A DNA stretch of 64,000 nucleotides from a virus: the IMG/VR virus record IMGVR_UViG_3300046170_000371, positions 23,160 to 87,159 of that record. One strand, written 5' to 3'. Shown piece by piece: positions 25,934-39,500 of the stretch. A program made the translations under genes and the position numbers. The notes under the pieces were generated by a model. It was not told the origin of the DNA. It saw only the letters and a list, made by a program, of their open reading frames with translations, and searched no databases. The first letter of the stretch is position 1. The number at the start of each line of letters is the position of its first letter.

Positions 25934-27590
25934 TCAGCTAACGCGGATCATTACAACTGAACCATTCCGATACAGTTGATTAACTGCTACACCAGCAGAT
26001 GCTGCGGCGCTATCGTTAGCAGCATCGGTAAGGCCAGAAGAGAAGACGACGTTCGCTACGCCTGTCGTTCCAGTGTGAGTGCCGTCATTAATCAAAGCAC
26101 GAGCGTTAATCAACGTCGTCTGGTTTTGAATAGCAGCGGTGTCATTGGTCAGCGCAGTTGCCAGTTCTTCGAGAGTGTCGAGACCAGAAGGTGCGTTGCC
26201 TTTGAGGTTACCAATAGCAGTACCAACGAATGCGGTACTAGCAATCTGTGTGGTGTTTGTTCCAGCAGATGCGGTAGGAACAGTAGGTGCTCCAGTCAGA
26301 GCAGGACCAGCGAGGTCTGCCTTGAGGTCAAGTGCGGTTTGACCAGCAGTTGAAACAGGCTTACCAGCATCAGTTGTGTTATCAACGTTGCCGAGACCCA
26401 AGGTGGTACGGGCTGCTGCGGCGTCTGCGTCATCAACCAACGTTCCACCAAATGTGCTGACAGCAGAAGCATCAAGCTTTGCGGCAACAGCAGTAGCGGT
26501 GGTGGGGTCAGCTTCGAGAGTATCGATGCGACCAGACAGTGCAGCTTCAGCAGCGTCACTATCAGTCTCGTTCTGGTTTACATCAGCCTGTACAGCGGCA
26601 ATGCTGTTAGTGATGGTGGTTGAGAAGTTAGCGTCATCACCCAATGCTGCTGCGAGCTCATTAAGAGTATTGATTGCGCCAGGAGCAGAATCAATCAGAG
26701 CAGCAACTGCGGCAGTGACGTATGCGGTCGTAGCCAGTTGAGTGGTGTTAGTACCAGCAGATGCAGTAGGTGCTGCAGGGAGTACCGGTGAAAGTTGGAG
26801 AAGCAATGTTTGCTTTCAACGCAATAGCGGTATCAGCATCAGATTCGTTCTGGTCCACATCAGACTGAACAGCAGCAAGTGCGGTAGCAGTGGTGGGGTC
26901 AGCTTCTAGTGTGTCAATACGAGCAGAGAGTGCTGCTTCGGCTGAATCACTATCACTTTCGTTTTGGTTGACATCAGCTTGAACTGCTGCGAGTGCCGTA
27001 GCAGTCGTAGGGTCAGCTTCAAGAGTATCGAGACGAGTAGATAGAGCAGCTTCAGCATTATCAGAAGCGGTCTCATTAGCATCAACGTCAGCTTGTACAG
27101 CAGCAAGAGCAGTGGCTGTCGTTGGGTCTGCTTCTAGCGTGTCAAGACGACCAGACAATGCAGCTTCAGCAGCATCGCTAGCGGTTTCATTTGAATCAAC
27201 GTCAGATTGAACTGCGGCGATTGAATTCGTCAGAGTTGTAAAAGCATTTGCATCATCATTGATGGCAGCTGCCAACTCATTCAAAGTGTCAAGAGCACCA
27301 GGTGCGCTATCAACTAGAGCAGCGACTGCTGTTGCAATAGCAGTATCTGCATAAGTACGAGTAGCAGCATCAGCTACTACAAGAGCGGTCGTGTTGAAAT
27401 CATATACAAGCAAACCTTGGTCGCCAGTAAGGCAGCCGTTGGTTTTACCTGCGGTTGGGACCCAGCTACTATCTGCCAGTGCGGCATCAGCTTGGGCTTT
27501 TGTTGCGAAGAAGCGGGAGAGAATGTTGTAATCAGTACCCGCCCCTCGCAGGCTGAGCTGATCAACGCCCAGAGAGGTAACAGTGGTCAT
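25934..27590 (-). CDS. Coiled-coil tail fibre protein. Frameshift near 26780.
   Basis: LDTLNELAAA, APTASAGTNTTQ.ATTA and repeated LDTLEADPTTATALAAVQADV units. Confidence 0.8.
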
Positions 27591-27645
27591 AACTTATGCA
27601 ATACAGAAAGATTGTCTAAAACTATTTTAACAAGATTAGGTAAAC

Positions 27646-29141
27646 TCAAGCTACAGTCAAAGTCTGTACATAGAGTTGACCGAAGCAAAGCCCAGCACGC
27701 AGATTACGTGCTTCCATTTCTGCTTCAACAGTATTTACGTTATCTACTTGAGTTTGTAGATTCGCGTCTGCTGCGGCAAATGCGGTATTTGTAGCAGTCA
27801 GGTTTGTATTAGTTGTGGCGAGGTTAGTCGTCAGTGTGTTGTCAGCAGCAATACGAGCTGCTTCTTCAGCAGAGACTGCGTTCTGACGTGCTGTTGTTTC
27901 AGCAGAAATAGCAGATGCTCGGGCAGTTGCTTCCGCTGTAATCGCAGCAGTGCGTGCCGTGGTTTCTGCTAGGTCAGCAGCAATACGAGCATTCTCTTCA
28001 GCTGTAATTAAACCAGCATTAGTAGCAGCGGCGGCTGTAACAGCAGCGGCAGTTGTTGGGTCAGCCTCAAGAGTATCGAGGCGTCCACTTAGAGCGGTAT
28101 CAGCTGAACTCCGAGCAGTTGATTCAGTTGTGATTTGATTGGTCAGTGCTGTTGTGACACTGGTATCACCAGAAGCAAGTGCGTCTCCAATCTCTTTAAG
28201 AGTATCGAGGGCACTGTCAGCACCGTTTACCAGATTAGAAATACTGGTGTCGGTGTAGGTGTTAGCAGAACTAAGAGTAGAAGCATCACCAGCAATACGA
28301 GCAGCAGTCTCAGCTGTAAGTGCTGTAGCTGTTGTGTCGTCAGCTTCGAGAACATCTAAGCGTCCACTAAGCGCAGCATCAGCAGCATCACTGTCAACTT
28401 CATTCTGATTAACATCTGCTTGAACAGCAGCAACAGCAGTAGCGTTTGTTGTATCAGCTTCAAGAGCATCAACTCGTGTGCTTAATGCGTTATCAGCTGA
28501 CTGACGAGAAGATGCTTCGGATGCTACAGCAGATAAACGAGCGTTCTCTTCAGTAGCAAGGTCAGCAGCAACAGCAGCAATCGCTGTATTAGCAGCAGTC
28601 TCGTTAGCGTCTACATCAGCTTGAACTGTGGCAATCGCTGTATTGGCAGCAGTCTCATTAGCATCAACATCTGCTTGTACTGCGGCAACAGAAGCATTAA
28701 TTGTTGTAATAAAGTCAGCGTCATCACCAATTGCTTCTGCCAACTCATTAAGAGTATTAAGCAAGTCAGGTGAGCCGCCTAGCAGATTACTGATTGCGGT
28801 ATCGGTGTAAGTATTAGCAGAGGCAAGGGTTGTACTATCGCCTGTTGCTAGTGTAGTTTCTACAGTCGTAATAGCAGAAGCACGGTTGCTCTCAGCAGGT
28901 AGCAATAGCAGCTTCAAGTGCTACACGGATTGCTTCACGCGCTGTCTCGTTAGAAGCTAGCAGCAACACTACGGCTACTAGTAGCGTTCGTCGAAAGTTC
29001 TACAAGGTGTCCACCAGGTGTTACACCATCGTGAATGCGAAGTGCTTTAAGTCCAGTGTCTACAGTGACCTCCCGCTCAGCGCCCACAAAGACTTGGGCT
29101 TCAGCAGTTGGGCCACCACGTAATTTAAGTTGGTCAGCCAT
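27646..29141 (-). CDS. Coiled-coil tail fibre with Mtd-type N-terminal domain. Frameshifts near 28900-28950.
   Basis: QLKLRGG....F.GAEREVTVDT....LRIHDGVTPGG; ETAARIAAD heptad-like repeats. Confidence 0.8.
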
Positions 29142-29143
29142 AA

Positions 29144-29662
29144 TTAATTCAAGTCGTAAAGTGCGCTTTCAAGATTGAGGTCATAGAAACCATCGGCTGG
29201 TTCGTGACCGCCAAGGTCTAGGTTTGGACGATGTTCAATAACAAACGTTGCCCAAGAACCAGTAGGTGCTGAAGAAAAACAAGCAACAGGTCCAGCGCCA
29301 TACTCTTTATATGTAGGAGCTTGACTAGGACGTGTAGGAAAGATGTACTCAGCATCAACGGTTGTTGAGTTGTGTGCTGTCAGTGCCATACGTTTGACAC
29401 CACGGTGGTAGTCAATACGGAAGGTGACGTTACCGTCGTAATCACCACGGATTTCTACATCGGAACTAGCAGGGATGACAATATCAATGTCATCACAAGC
29501 ACGGGTGATGTGCATTTTAAATACACGAATGTACTCAACGTTGTTTGCTTTCTTGTCCCACCACTTAGGGAATAGAAAAGTATCATCAAAGCCTACTTCA
29601 TCAGAGGAGAACTCCGATGCTGTATCAGCTGAGTGAATACCTCTAACTTTTAATGTGGCCAT
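29144..29662 (-). CDS. Hypothetical structural protein
   Basis: 172-aa ORF; TACAATAG motif upstream. Confidence 0.6.
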   Translation of the reverse strand: MATLKVRGIHSADTASEFSSDEVGFDDTFLFPKWWDKKANNVEYIRVFKMHITRACDDIDIVIPASSDVEIRGDYDGNVTFRIDYHRGVKRMALTAHNSTTVDAEYIFPTRPSQAPTYKEYGAGPVACFSSAPTGSWATFVIEHRPNLDLGGHEPADGFYDLNLESALYDLN

Positions 29663-29709
29663 TCGTTCGTATTAGACCGTCAATTCTATTGTATCGTTTG
29701 CTATTTACT

Positions 29710-31995
29710 TCATCGTGTTTCTAACTGAAGCTGACCACCGTTGTTGAAATCATTCCAAGTGGTATTGCCCGCTAGTACCAGCGCTCGCTTGTTAGAAGAA
29801 TAGGTATTAAAGTTATTAGTAGAAGTACCGAGGCTTAGCCGTAGACCAGTACAGCCAGCTTGGATGTAGTCCGTGGTTGTGCCATTTGCGCCCCGCCTTA
29901 ATTGAAACTGGATTCGCAATCCTAAAAAGTGCCAATTATTTTTACAGATGTTGTCACGCTCAGAACTGGTTAAGCCGTATCCGAACATCACTTTACTGCT
30001 ACCGCGCAAACCCTGCATATAAGTGTAATCACCAAACTTCTGTGTTACCTTTTTAATTCTGATGTAGCCGTTCGGGTCCCGATAGCGTATTGCTGCGTGC
30101 TCTACTCGTGAATAGCAGTCGCGAGTTGTTGTTGTGTCGTGCGAATTAAACAGAAACCAAAGCCCAGTGACTTCTCTTAGCCAACTGCTGCGAGCATTGT
30201 TGTTTACATAGGTTCCGTCTGTCTTGCCGCTTTCAGCTCCAATATCAAACCACCGTGCAGTTTGTTTTCCATTCGTGCTGGTTTGCATCCAATAAGCAAG
30301 TCCTTTTTGACTAGTGCCTCCCCAAGTTTGATCCCAGTGATCATGGGTGCCGTTAACCTGAGAAGCATTGTCACTACCAATTGCTGTTTCACCCCACCAG
30401 TCAACACCACCCGTGCTCTGTCGATAGTTGCCAACGTGTATTTCGTTGTTGCAAGGAATCGAACCACCTATGCCCGTTTTTGACTTGATTGCCCCAGTCT
30501 CTCGTTTCGTATTTCATACCGTGAGGGTATGTAAGAATTTGTTTTTGTGCCATTATCCTTCAATGTAATAGTTACCATTTGATGATGTTATTTTAATCCC
30601 TGATTTACTTCCTGTGACGACTGTCGGTTTGTTGTAGATGTATGCCTTAGAAGTCGTACTTGATTGATTCCAATCTGCGTTGGTTTGACTGGTTAGTGCG
30701 GTTTTCCACACTGTGGCTTCCATTACTATCTGTTCCTAAAAACACATTGCCTGAATTGGTGTTATTAATAAAAATTTTACCTTTAAGGTTAAGTGCATTG
30801 GAACCGGCTAAAGTCAGTTTGCCTGTCATCTCATCACCAGTTTTCAATACGAAACCATCTGCTGTTCCGCCTTCTGGAGCCTTGAAGATTTTCAAGCGTG
30901 CTAGGTCACCTTCTGTTGCCTCACCAAAACCACTTACAGGTGAGACAGTAAATGTCACAGCTGTCTGTGATGGGTCGTCATTACCAGCAATACCTTCAAT
31001 TAAATAAAGACCGTAGTCAGGATTGCCATCCTCAAAGAGCTGTAGCAACTGTCCATCTTCTACATCAGCATAAGTATGAGCAATACCTTCGTTGTCTACT
31101 TTAGATAACTGAACTATTGCGATATCAGGATCACCGTAATCTAAAGTTTTACCAGCAAGAGTGAGCAGCATGAACTCGCCATCTCTTGGAGCATTACTAT
31201 ATGTCGTTGAAGTAAACTGACCACGTTCAACACTAGGAGCAATGGCATCAATCTCTTCTTCTAGTTCAACAGATTTCATTTTGAAGGAAGTTCAATCTCT
31301 GTACAGAGCTTACGTGTTTTTGAAAATGATGCGTATGAACCTACTGAAAAACCAGGTCCATCAGTAATGAAAAACGTAACCCACTTATTAGTCTCAGCAA
31401 GTTGCTCAATTTCGTAAGGTCCTTGGTCGTTGATGTAATAACTATTACCGTTCTCGAAGAATCCAGGCTGAGGTGGTCTAGTCCAATACTTACGGCTACC
31501 ACTGCCAAAATTATATGTAGCAATGACGTGACCATCTGTTTCTTCTACTGCGGCGTAGTCATTTACTACTTTAAAGAACTGAGCACATAGGAATTCACTT
31601 CTAGCATCAGCTTCTCCAGCAAGAATTCCGTCTTGGATATCGACGTACTCTTTGTTTGTAATATGCTTTTCATCAGTGTCTGATTTCTCAATCTCTTTTG
31701 GCAGGAGTACTCCCTTGAGTCCTGTGCTTTCAAACTGTACATCGTCGTTCCAGCTGTACTCAGCAGGTTCCTCGCAGTCATCTACTGTGTCACCGTGACG
31801 AAGCAGGAAACGAGGGTCATCTGCTTCACATACAACAGTCCAGTAGCCACCGATTGATGTAGCAGTGTCTGGTGTTGAACCTTCAGGCAGCAGGATCTGC
31901 GTCCAGTAATACGATTTACCATTCTCTGGATTATCGTATAGCTCACCATCAGGAATGATAGGTGGCCTGTAATCAGTTGCCTGCGGGAAAGCCAT
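29710..31995 (-). CDS. Tail fibre/spike protein A (joined from several frameshifted fragments)
   Basis: MAFP N-terminus, ELEEEIDAIAPSVERG and FVLKTGDEMTG fibre motifs; fragments 31276..31995, 30647..31279, 29710..30288. Confidence 0.6.
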
Positions 31996-32045
31996 TACTT
32001 ATACTTCTATGCTTATATTTATTTTAAATGATTACTTCTTTTCTG

Positions 32046-34840
32046 TTAACTAACGTGGTATTGCAAGTAAAGCCTATTAAGTCTTACCCAAACATCACGA
32101 TTAGTGGAACTGTAATAGTGAATACTAATTCCTTTAATTCCATTAAGAGTACGTTCTGTTATGTTGTTTTTTGATACATCATTCCATTGGTCCATCCAAT
32201 ATCCGTAAGTATTTTCATCTAAGCCAATAACGTGATAGCCACCTTCTGATTGTAGGAGTGAGTCTTCCTCATATGTTTGAATATCATTTAAGAAATCGTA
32301 AGGCATAAAAAGACCGTACACGCTATTTTGATTAGAAGTCAGACTACCAGAGGAGTCTAAGGTATACGCTTTATGTTTATCAGTAACTCCAGAACTACTT
32401 GAGACAGACTGCATATTACCTCTTGATACCGTGAAGCTTACCGTGCCTAGTGCAGGCTCTTCTGAAAATACGCCATCAAGCAAAGACACATAAACCTGCG
32501 TGTCCCGACTAGTAGAAATGCTGTAACTACCTACAGCAGCTGCGCTATTGTCTAGAGCAACGCCTACTTCCCAACGGTCCATGTCGTAAGATGAATGTCC
32601 AATTTTCTTGACGTCGGTAACGTTATACATAAGTACTGAGTCAGAAGCGGAACTACCACTCTTTATGACCTGAATTCGTCCACGAGGTGCTAGAGCAACT
32701 CCATTAATAGCAAGTCTAAGTTGTTGAGTCAGGCTAGTAGCTCCAGCACAATTATTATTAGTTGGAGTACTTGTCGTATAGTCAAGAAGGACCTTGTGAT
32801 TGTGAACTATATCCATACTTCCGCCAGCAGTTTTTTCTAGTTCTTCAATTCTAGCTAGTAATGCTGTAATTTTATCATCAACATCATCAACATATCCTTT
32901 AGTAACTAGGTTCTTAGGTTCTGTGATAGCACCATAGTATAGAACTTGGCTTGTATTACCATCATTTACATTTGATCTTGTCCATTTAAGTGCGGCTTCA
33001 GCAGAACTCCCATATCCAGTATAAAGATTACCACCCGTTTCATTCCAACTTATTCGGAGTCTATTAGGTCCCCATTCCATGGTGGCACCATAAATATTAT
33101 TATCTAGATTAATGCGGGGGTAAGCATCACTGTCATCAGATGGCTTATAGCCCTGAAGGATTGGAACCCGAAGCGTACCAGACATTTTATCACCAGACTT
33201 CAACACAAAGCCATCAGCTGTTCCACCAGATGGTGGGCTAAAGATTTTAAACCGTGCTTTAGCTTCTGCCGTATCCCCAACTCCTGTACGAACAAGTTTT
33301 ACGTCAATAGACCAATAGTTATATGCAGGTGTGCTGTTGACCCCTCCTCCTGACTTTGCTTCAGCTTTAATAATTTCATATAAACCATAGTCACTATCTC
33401 CTGATTCAAATACTTCTAATAGTTGTCCTGGCTCTACGTTGGCAAAACTATGAATAGTACCATCCTAGAATCTCTCTCATTAAGCACGATGTTTTCTACT
33501 GCAGCAAAGATATTTGCAGGGTCTCCTAAACCAGCATCAAACGTATCTGTATTCATAGAATATGAACCACGTACTGATGCTACGCCAGTGTTGGTATAAG
33601 ACCATTCACCACGTTCTACTGAAGGAGCAATGGCATCAATCTCTTCCTCTAGTTCAATGATTTCCTGCTGAAGAAATTCATCACGTTCATCAACATACTT
33701 TTTGTTGACAGCAACATCATCATCAGCTGTCTCAAAATCAGGTGTAGCGATACCTTTAATCCTTACTTTTCCTTCATCTCCAGGTGCAACCTTATCTTGG
33801 TTGCCAGGGAATCCACTGCCCAAAGTAACAGCAGGACCAGTGCCACCTGTAACAGTAACCATGTCACCATTACGATTACCAACCACGAATCGGTTTCTAT
33901 GAGTATTGCCGTCGTCAATCTCTACACGAATACCAAATGGTCCTGAGGTGTCACTACCATAAGTTCCATCAGACCTGAGAATTCTAGGTGGCAGACTTTC
34001 AATATGGCTGAACCTATCAATAGAATCATCCCATTTCTCCTTACCACTAGAATCTAGTACAGGATCACCGTTGCTATCTTTAAGAGACTCACCTGAAACC
34101 ATGAAATCAAGCTCAGCATTTTCCATAACCAGCGTACCGGTCATAGTATCGCCAGTCTTCTTTAGATAAAGGTCGCTCTTACTAATGCGATAGTGAACGA
34201 TGTCGCCTTCGGTGTAGATAACACTTCTATTAAAGTCCACATCAACGTCGTATCTTGTGCTATCCCCTTCACTAATTACCGCAGTTACTTTAAGCTCTCC
34301 ATACAAAGTGTTACTCGCACCTTCTTTTTGATTTTCAGGAGTTAGTTGAATACTATCGCCTTCAATTGCTCGTTCCAGAAATCTATCATTTAAATCAAGA
34401 ATAGCAAATCTAACAGTTTTCACATCAGGTGATAGATATGAATCATCACCTGCGTCGTAAGCATTGGTTAGAATCGTTGCTGTACCATTTTCACCACTAA
34501 AATCATCTGGTGCTACAAGCTTATAGCTATTAACGAATGGGAAATATAAATCTTTTTCTTCTTCCTCTTCTTCGCTGCCTCCACCGCAGCTGCTACCTAC
34601 TTCAAACCACTGTGTGCCGTCCCAAGCGTATTCAACTAGCGATTCCTCGTGAATCCACAAGTCACCTTTCTGCGGTCCTTCTGGTGGAAGCAGGCTGATT
34701 GTTACTGGAGGGTTTGGTGCTTCTGCTGGTCCGCCAGTTAGTACCCATTTACCTGGGTCTGCTCTCCATTGATACTGAGCACCTGTTACTGGATTAGTAG
34801 CAGTTGTTGATACAGCTGGATCTGGAAAGTTAAAGGCCAT
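32046..34840 (-). CDS. Tail fibre/spike protein B, paralogous to protein A (frameshifts near 33460 and 33235)
   Basis: MAFNFPDP, YLKKTGDTMTG, ELEEEIDAIAPSVERG, FVLKSGDKMSG. Confidence 0.65.
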
Positions 34841-34841
34841 T

Positions 34842-36665
34842 TTAAACGCTCGCTAGTGCCATCAAAAGTGATAATTTAAGTTCATCAAAATCAGATGATA
34901 ATGAAATGCTTTGACGCAACTCTTCAAATACTGATTGATACTTAACAAGTCTATCTCTTACATCTATTTTATTATGTAAAGTTCGTCCATCGCTACTGTT
35001 CTCACCAAAGTCTGCTAGCACTATATTCTTAACTGCTGCTCCACTACGGTCAATAGAGAATACTTTGTCTGTGTCATCATAAACCCAGCAGAAGTCTTCA
35101 TTACCTTTAAATGTAAACGCTACCTCACCCTCAGTATCTGTAGTTCCAAAACTAATAGTATTGTCGCTGTTGTCTGAAGGTTTAATTGTTATAGCATTAC
35201 GCGCATCGCTAGCTTGTCGGGTGAAGTCTAATGCTCCTAAGGAAACATCTGCTTTCTGCATTTGGAATCGACCGTTAAGAACTCCACCTGTTTTAGGAAT
35301 TAACCTATTGTTGATTTGATCTATCTTTGTATCAACTAATTGTTCTGTGATTAAGTTTGAAATATCTGGGATTGAACTTACAACTTCAGCTAATTGCTCT
35401 AATGTGACTTTACTATTAATGCTGGCAATCAGACTAGTATCAACTGCACCTAAGCTATTTTGTAGTTCAAGTAGTTCTAGTTCTAAGTCACTCTTAAAGT
35501 TATTAATCTTCTGCTCTAGTGCTTCCCTGGCTGATGATAAATCAACAGTAGTGCTGTAAGAACTTAAATCTGGATCTGATACAACAACTCCTGAGACAGC
35601 TTCACTAATTGCTTGACGTAAGGTGCTTCTCTAATGTATATACAGCACCTGAGACTGATGTAATTTCAGACTGTAGTGATGTTTTTGCTTGTTGAATAGC
35701 TGATGCTCGTTCAGCAGTTTCAGTTGCGATTTGATTTTCTATATTAGCAATCTGCGTGTCATACTGATATGAAACACTTGTCGGTACCCACTGACTGCTA
35801 TCACCGTCTGAGTACCAGACACTTAGCTCAAGAGCATTGGTGTCATACCACATGCTGCCTGGTTGTAGCTCTTCTTCTGGTGGTGGATTAGGACCGAAGT
35901 TAATAGTGTTGTATTCAGTTGCTTCTCCAACACGCAGCAGCGCCCACAGCAGCCACTCGTTGAAATCCGATTGTACGTTCTGTTCGTTTAAATCTAACGG
36001 AGGTAGAACTGATGGGAAGTTGTCTGATGTCGGAAAATCATCAGGCAGAATCCGTGCTCCACGTCCACCACCTGCTGTCAGTCTTCCTTTAAAAGCTAGC
36101 GGCAAAGTAGCAGTTGTTTGTGCTACATCTTCAGCACCCTTTACTGCTTCCCATACTCCAGCATCAGTCCATACATACAAGATGTTGTTGTATGTGTCAT
36201 ACCAAGTAGAACCAATGACTGGTTGCTGCTGCGGAACACTGTCGCCTACATATGCCAGTCCGTCACCACCGTTGGTCTGCCAGTACTGACCATCGATTGA
36301 TACGAACAGACGTCCTTGTCTAGTATCAAACCATAGATTTCCATCGTCTAGGTAGTTCAGTCCAATTACCATCGATTGACCCGTCAAGGCTAATAATAAT
36401 TTCCCAACCCGGTGGGTATGGTCCAATATCAATATTATTACCAGCATTTAAACAGTCTGCTAAGTCTTCAATAGCAGCAATGATGCCAGCAAAGTTATGA
36501 GGATACGCTTTGCTTACACCACAACTAGTGACTAGCTAGTACGTCTTTGACTGCCGCGACAATTCCACCGTAGCTTTCACGCTGCTGTAGACCTAATTTA
36601 TAGTATTCGCCAGGCTGAGGTTTCCAAGTCTGAAAGCCTTCAGCATCATAAGTAGGAGTATCCAC
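34842..36665 (-). CDS. Tail/fibre-associated structural protein (several indels)
   Basis: GTG start at 36665 with TACAATAG upstream; repeated G.LW(F/Y)DT motifs and coiled coil. Confidence 0.55.
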
Positions 36666-36700
36666 ACTAATTACAGCTTAACTTTCTACTATTGTATCCT

Positions 36701-38509
36701 CTAGAAGTTACTGTTTAATATGACATATGCGGTTTCTACTTCATCTAGGTTGAGACCCTGAGCTAATGCAAAGATGATTTCAATCGTTGTGATGCCTCCA
36801 CGTTTGTATGAAGCACCAAACTCTGCAGCTACTTCTTCGATTTCTTTAACAAGCTTTTCTTCAAAGGCTATTCTTGCATCTACAGTTGGATAGCTATTAG
36901 GCTCTTTTACTTTTAACTTGTCAATAAACATAGCAGCAATACTATGCTTACACATTTTAAATCCCATCTTATGCTCTCTGCTTTCCCAGCTTTCCATTAA
37001 GCCAGCAGCAGAGTTTGTACCAATCGCATTGAAGTCACCTTTTACCCAGTACAGTCGGCAGTGGATATCGTCTTTGCCTGTTGATTTTACGCGTTCCATC
37101 GTCCTGTGTTTCTTGTGGTGCACGCAAGATTGCATGCGAATGATTTGGACAACTACAGGTATATGTTGTAGCAGGGCGTAACGTATTGCCTGTTGTAAAG
37201 ACTTCATCCATCCATGGGTCTACATCAGTATCTAAGTTCATCCATGGTGAGTCTCCTGGCTTACCGAGTGCGTGATAGTAGTTACCGTCATACTCATCAA
37301 TGCTTAGCTTTGTGAAACTATAGTCTGTAAATACAAGTGTTGAATCACCATCAGGTGGTGAGTACATCTTTAGTTCAGATGTGAAAGGGTACTGATGTGA
37401 ACTCTAGTCTTGAGCCATCTACTTGGACACCAAGTATCTTGAATGGCAAGATGCTATAGGAAGCTAGGCTAACCTCAGTTGATACCAAATCACCTGTTAA
37501 ATACTGCTTGCCAAAATACTTTTGATACAAGTCTTTCTGAAAAATATGTAAACCGCTGACTGTGTATGAAGCATCGTCCGATGTAAATATAGATGGCAAT
37601 GATGTAATGTCATATAGCGTTGGTGGTAGAACCTCACTCTCAGGGGTCTAGAACCTCAATCTCTACATTGCTTACTTTATCTAATGAGCGTACTCCAAAG
37701 TAATAGGGAGCATCAATAAACTCAAAGTCTATAAAGGACGATATAGGTTTCTCTACAAAAAAGTTTTTAATCCATACAATCTTTCCTACCAAGTCTTGCG
37801 GATTCTCAAACTCTTGGTTCAGCAAGATGGTTGATGTATCTATACTTACTTTGACTTCTGTTGGCTCTTCAAACGTTTTACCTATATACAACGCAGGGTG
37901 CTCTTTCTCGTTAAGTACATAGTTCAGTGTTGCTTCAGTCTCACCATCTGTAATGCGTTCACCAATCATCTGCAGTAGTAAACGAGCGTCTGCACCTGGA
38001 TTGCCTTTTACTCTTAGTTCTCTATTTGCTTTGTACTCTGGATACTTGAGATCATCGTTGTAGACACCTGTGATTGTCCCTAGGTCTGGAGAGCTAACAG
38101 GCGTACGCTTCATCACATAATGATTACTACTATCTGCATTCTTTGTTGCAAACTTATAACCATCAAATACTACATCAACTTCGTACGGCGTACCTTGATA
38201 TAGTTTGGATTGGATTTGCGAGTCTTTATATTCGCCAGAAAAATCGTCCACATCTTGCAGGCGGTACCAAGCAGCTTGGTTGTAATACTCATAACCTTTA
38301 CGCCATTTAGTCCAGTTACTATCTAAATTATATTTCTCAATAACTGAACGCTGTACGCTACTACCAAACCGCCGGTCACTTGGGTAGTAACCAGCTGCTC
38401 CTTTACTCTTGCCAATATCAGTTCGTGTGTTTACTCCTTTAAAAGCAAGCGACCTTGGATTACCAAAGCCGTTCTGCTTTCTCGGCATTAGTACCAGCCG
38501 CCTTGGCAA
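36701..38509 (-). CDS. Large hypothetical protein with C-terminal SWIM-like Zn finger (fragments probably one gene)
   Basis: YTCSCP and CKHSIAA in adjacent frameshifted fragments; abutting ORFs 37640..38509, 37375..37599, 37035..37367, 36701..37207. Confidence 0.5.
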
Positions 38510-38955
38510 CCAAGGATTGGCGCATCTGTAATGTTAGCTGTAGAGTCACGTGCTACCCAAAGTGCTTTGCCTTTAGGAATATATAAAGCACGGCTATAAG
38601 GATCACTGCCTACTTGAGGAACTGGAGCCAGGATACGAGGCATGTCTTCCCAGTGGACTACATTGCCAATAGTTGTTGCTGAAACTACCTTACCAATAAA
38701 GGCTGCTTGGTTAGGACGCAGATAGTCATTTGCACTACTGAGGTACAAGTTGACTGTATGTGCTGAATTGCCCCTAGCAATTGCATAGATATCTTCAATG
38801 ATTGCTCCATCGGCTGAGGTCGAATCAACAATCAAAGCAGCAGTGTTGGTACCAGTAATGTCTAGTCCACTGTTTGTTGCAGTATCTAGATTGACTGCAT
38901 AGTGCAGTACGTGGTCAACCAATAGTGGTTGCTTATTAGTAGCTGTAGCGGCCAT
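38488..38955 (-). CDS. Structural hypothetical protein
   Basis: 155-aa ORF in the late operon. Confidence 0.65.
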   Translation of the reverse strand: MAATATNKQPLLVDHVLHYAVNLDTATNSGLDITGTNTAALIVDSTSADGAIIEDIYAIARGNSAHTVNLYLSSANDYLRPNQAAFIGKVVSATTIGNVVHWEDMPRILAPVPQVGSDPYSRALYIPKGKALWVARDSTANITDAPILGCQGGWY

Positions 38956-39500
38956 TACTTTTTACCTTTCTTTTTATTAATTTTAATCGGTGTTGAACCT
39001 GGAGGTTGGACACCATCAAGGTTTGCAAAGCCTTGAAGACCAAGAGTGCGATCGGTCTGCTCTGAGAGCATCATGCCGTTGTCTCCAGGCAGGGGTGTAC
39101 CAGCACCAACCATTCCCATGAACTCATTTGACATGAGTCCACGATTGCGTGCATCTTCACTCAGACGTACACCTTCCATAGGCTCTTGTGCAGCTCCTGA
39201 AGGCTGAGGCTGTGTGCCATATGCGATTGGTCCTTGATAACCAGTACCACGCACATGGTTCTGCTGTTGACCAGAGTTTGCACTCGGTCCAATCAATCCC
39301 ATGCGTCTATCCATTTCAACACCACTATCTCCATATGGATACTGGTTAACACCGTCCATGCTTCCCAATTGTGGTGACATGTTTGTCACGTTCATTGGAT
39401 TGTTCATCATCGGACCACCAGGCATGTATGACATATCCTTGGCAATCTTGAACCTATCTGGGTCCAGCATCCGTGCATTTGATTCTCTTTTATCCATCAC
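38955..39500 (-). CDS. Met/Gly/Pro-rich low-complexity protein
   Basis: 181-aa ORF with coupled start/stop. Confidence 0.6.
   Translation of the reverse strand: MMDKRESNARMLDPDRFKIAKDMSYMPGGPMMNNPMNVTNMSPQLGSMDGVNQYPYGDSGVEMDRRMGLIGPSANSGQQQNHVRGTGYQGPIAYGTQPQPSGAAQEPMEGVRLSEDARNRGLMSNEFMGMVGAGTPLPGDNGMMLSEQTDRTLGLQGFANLDGVQPPGSTPIKINKKKGKK

Noticed and set aside
28950-29141. Diversity-generating retroelement suggested by the Mtd-like N-terminus
   Set aside because: No reverse transcriptase, and no template/variable repeat pair differing only at adenines was seen.
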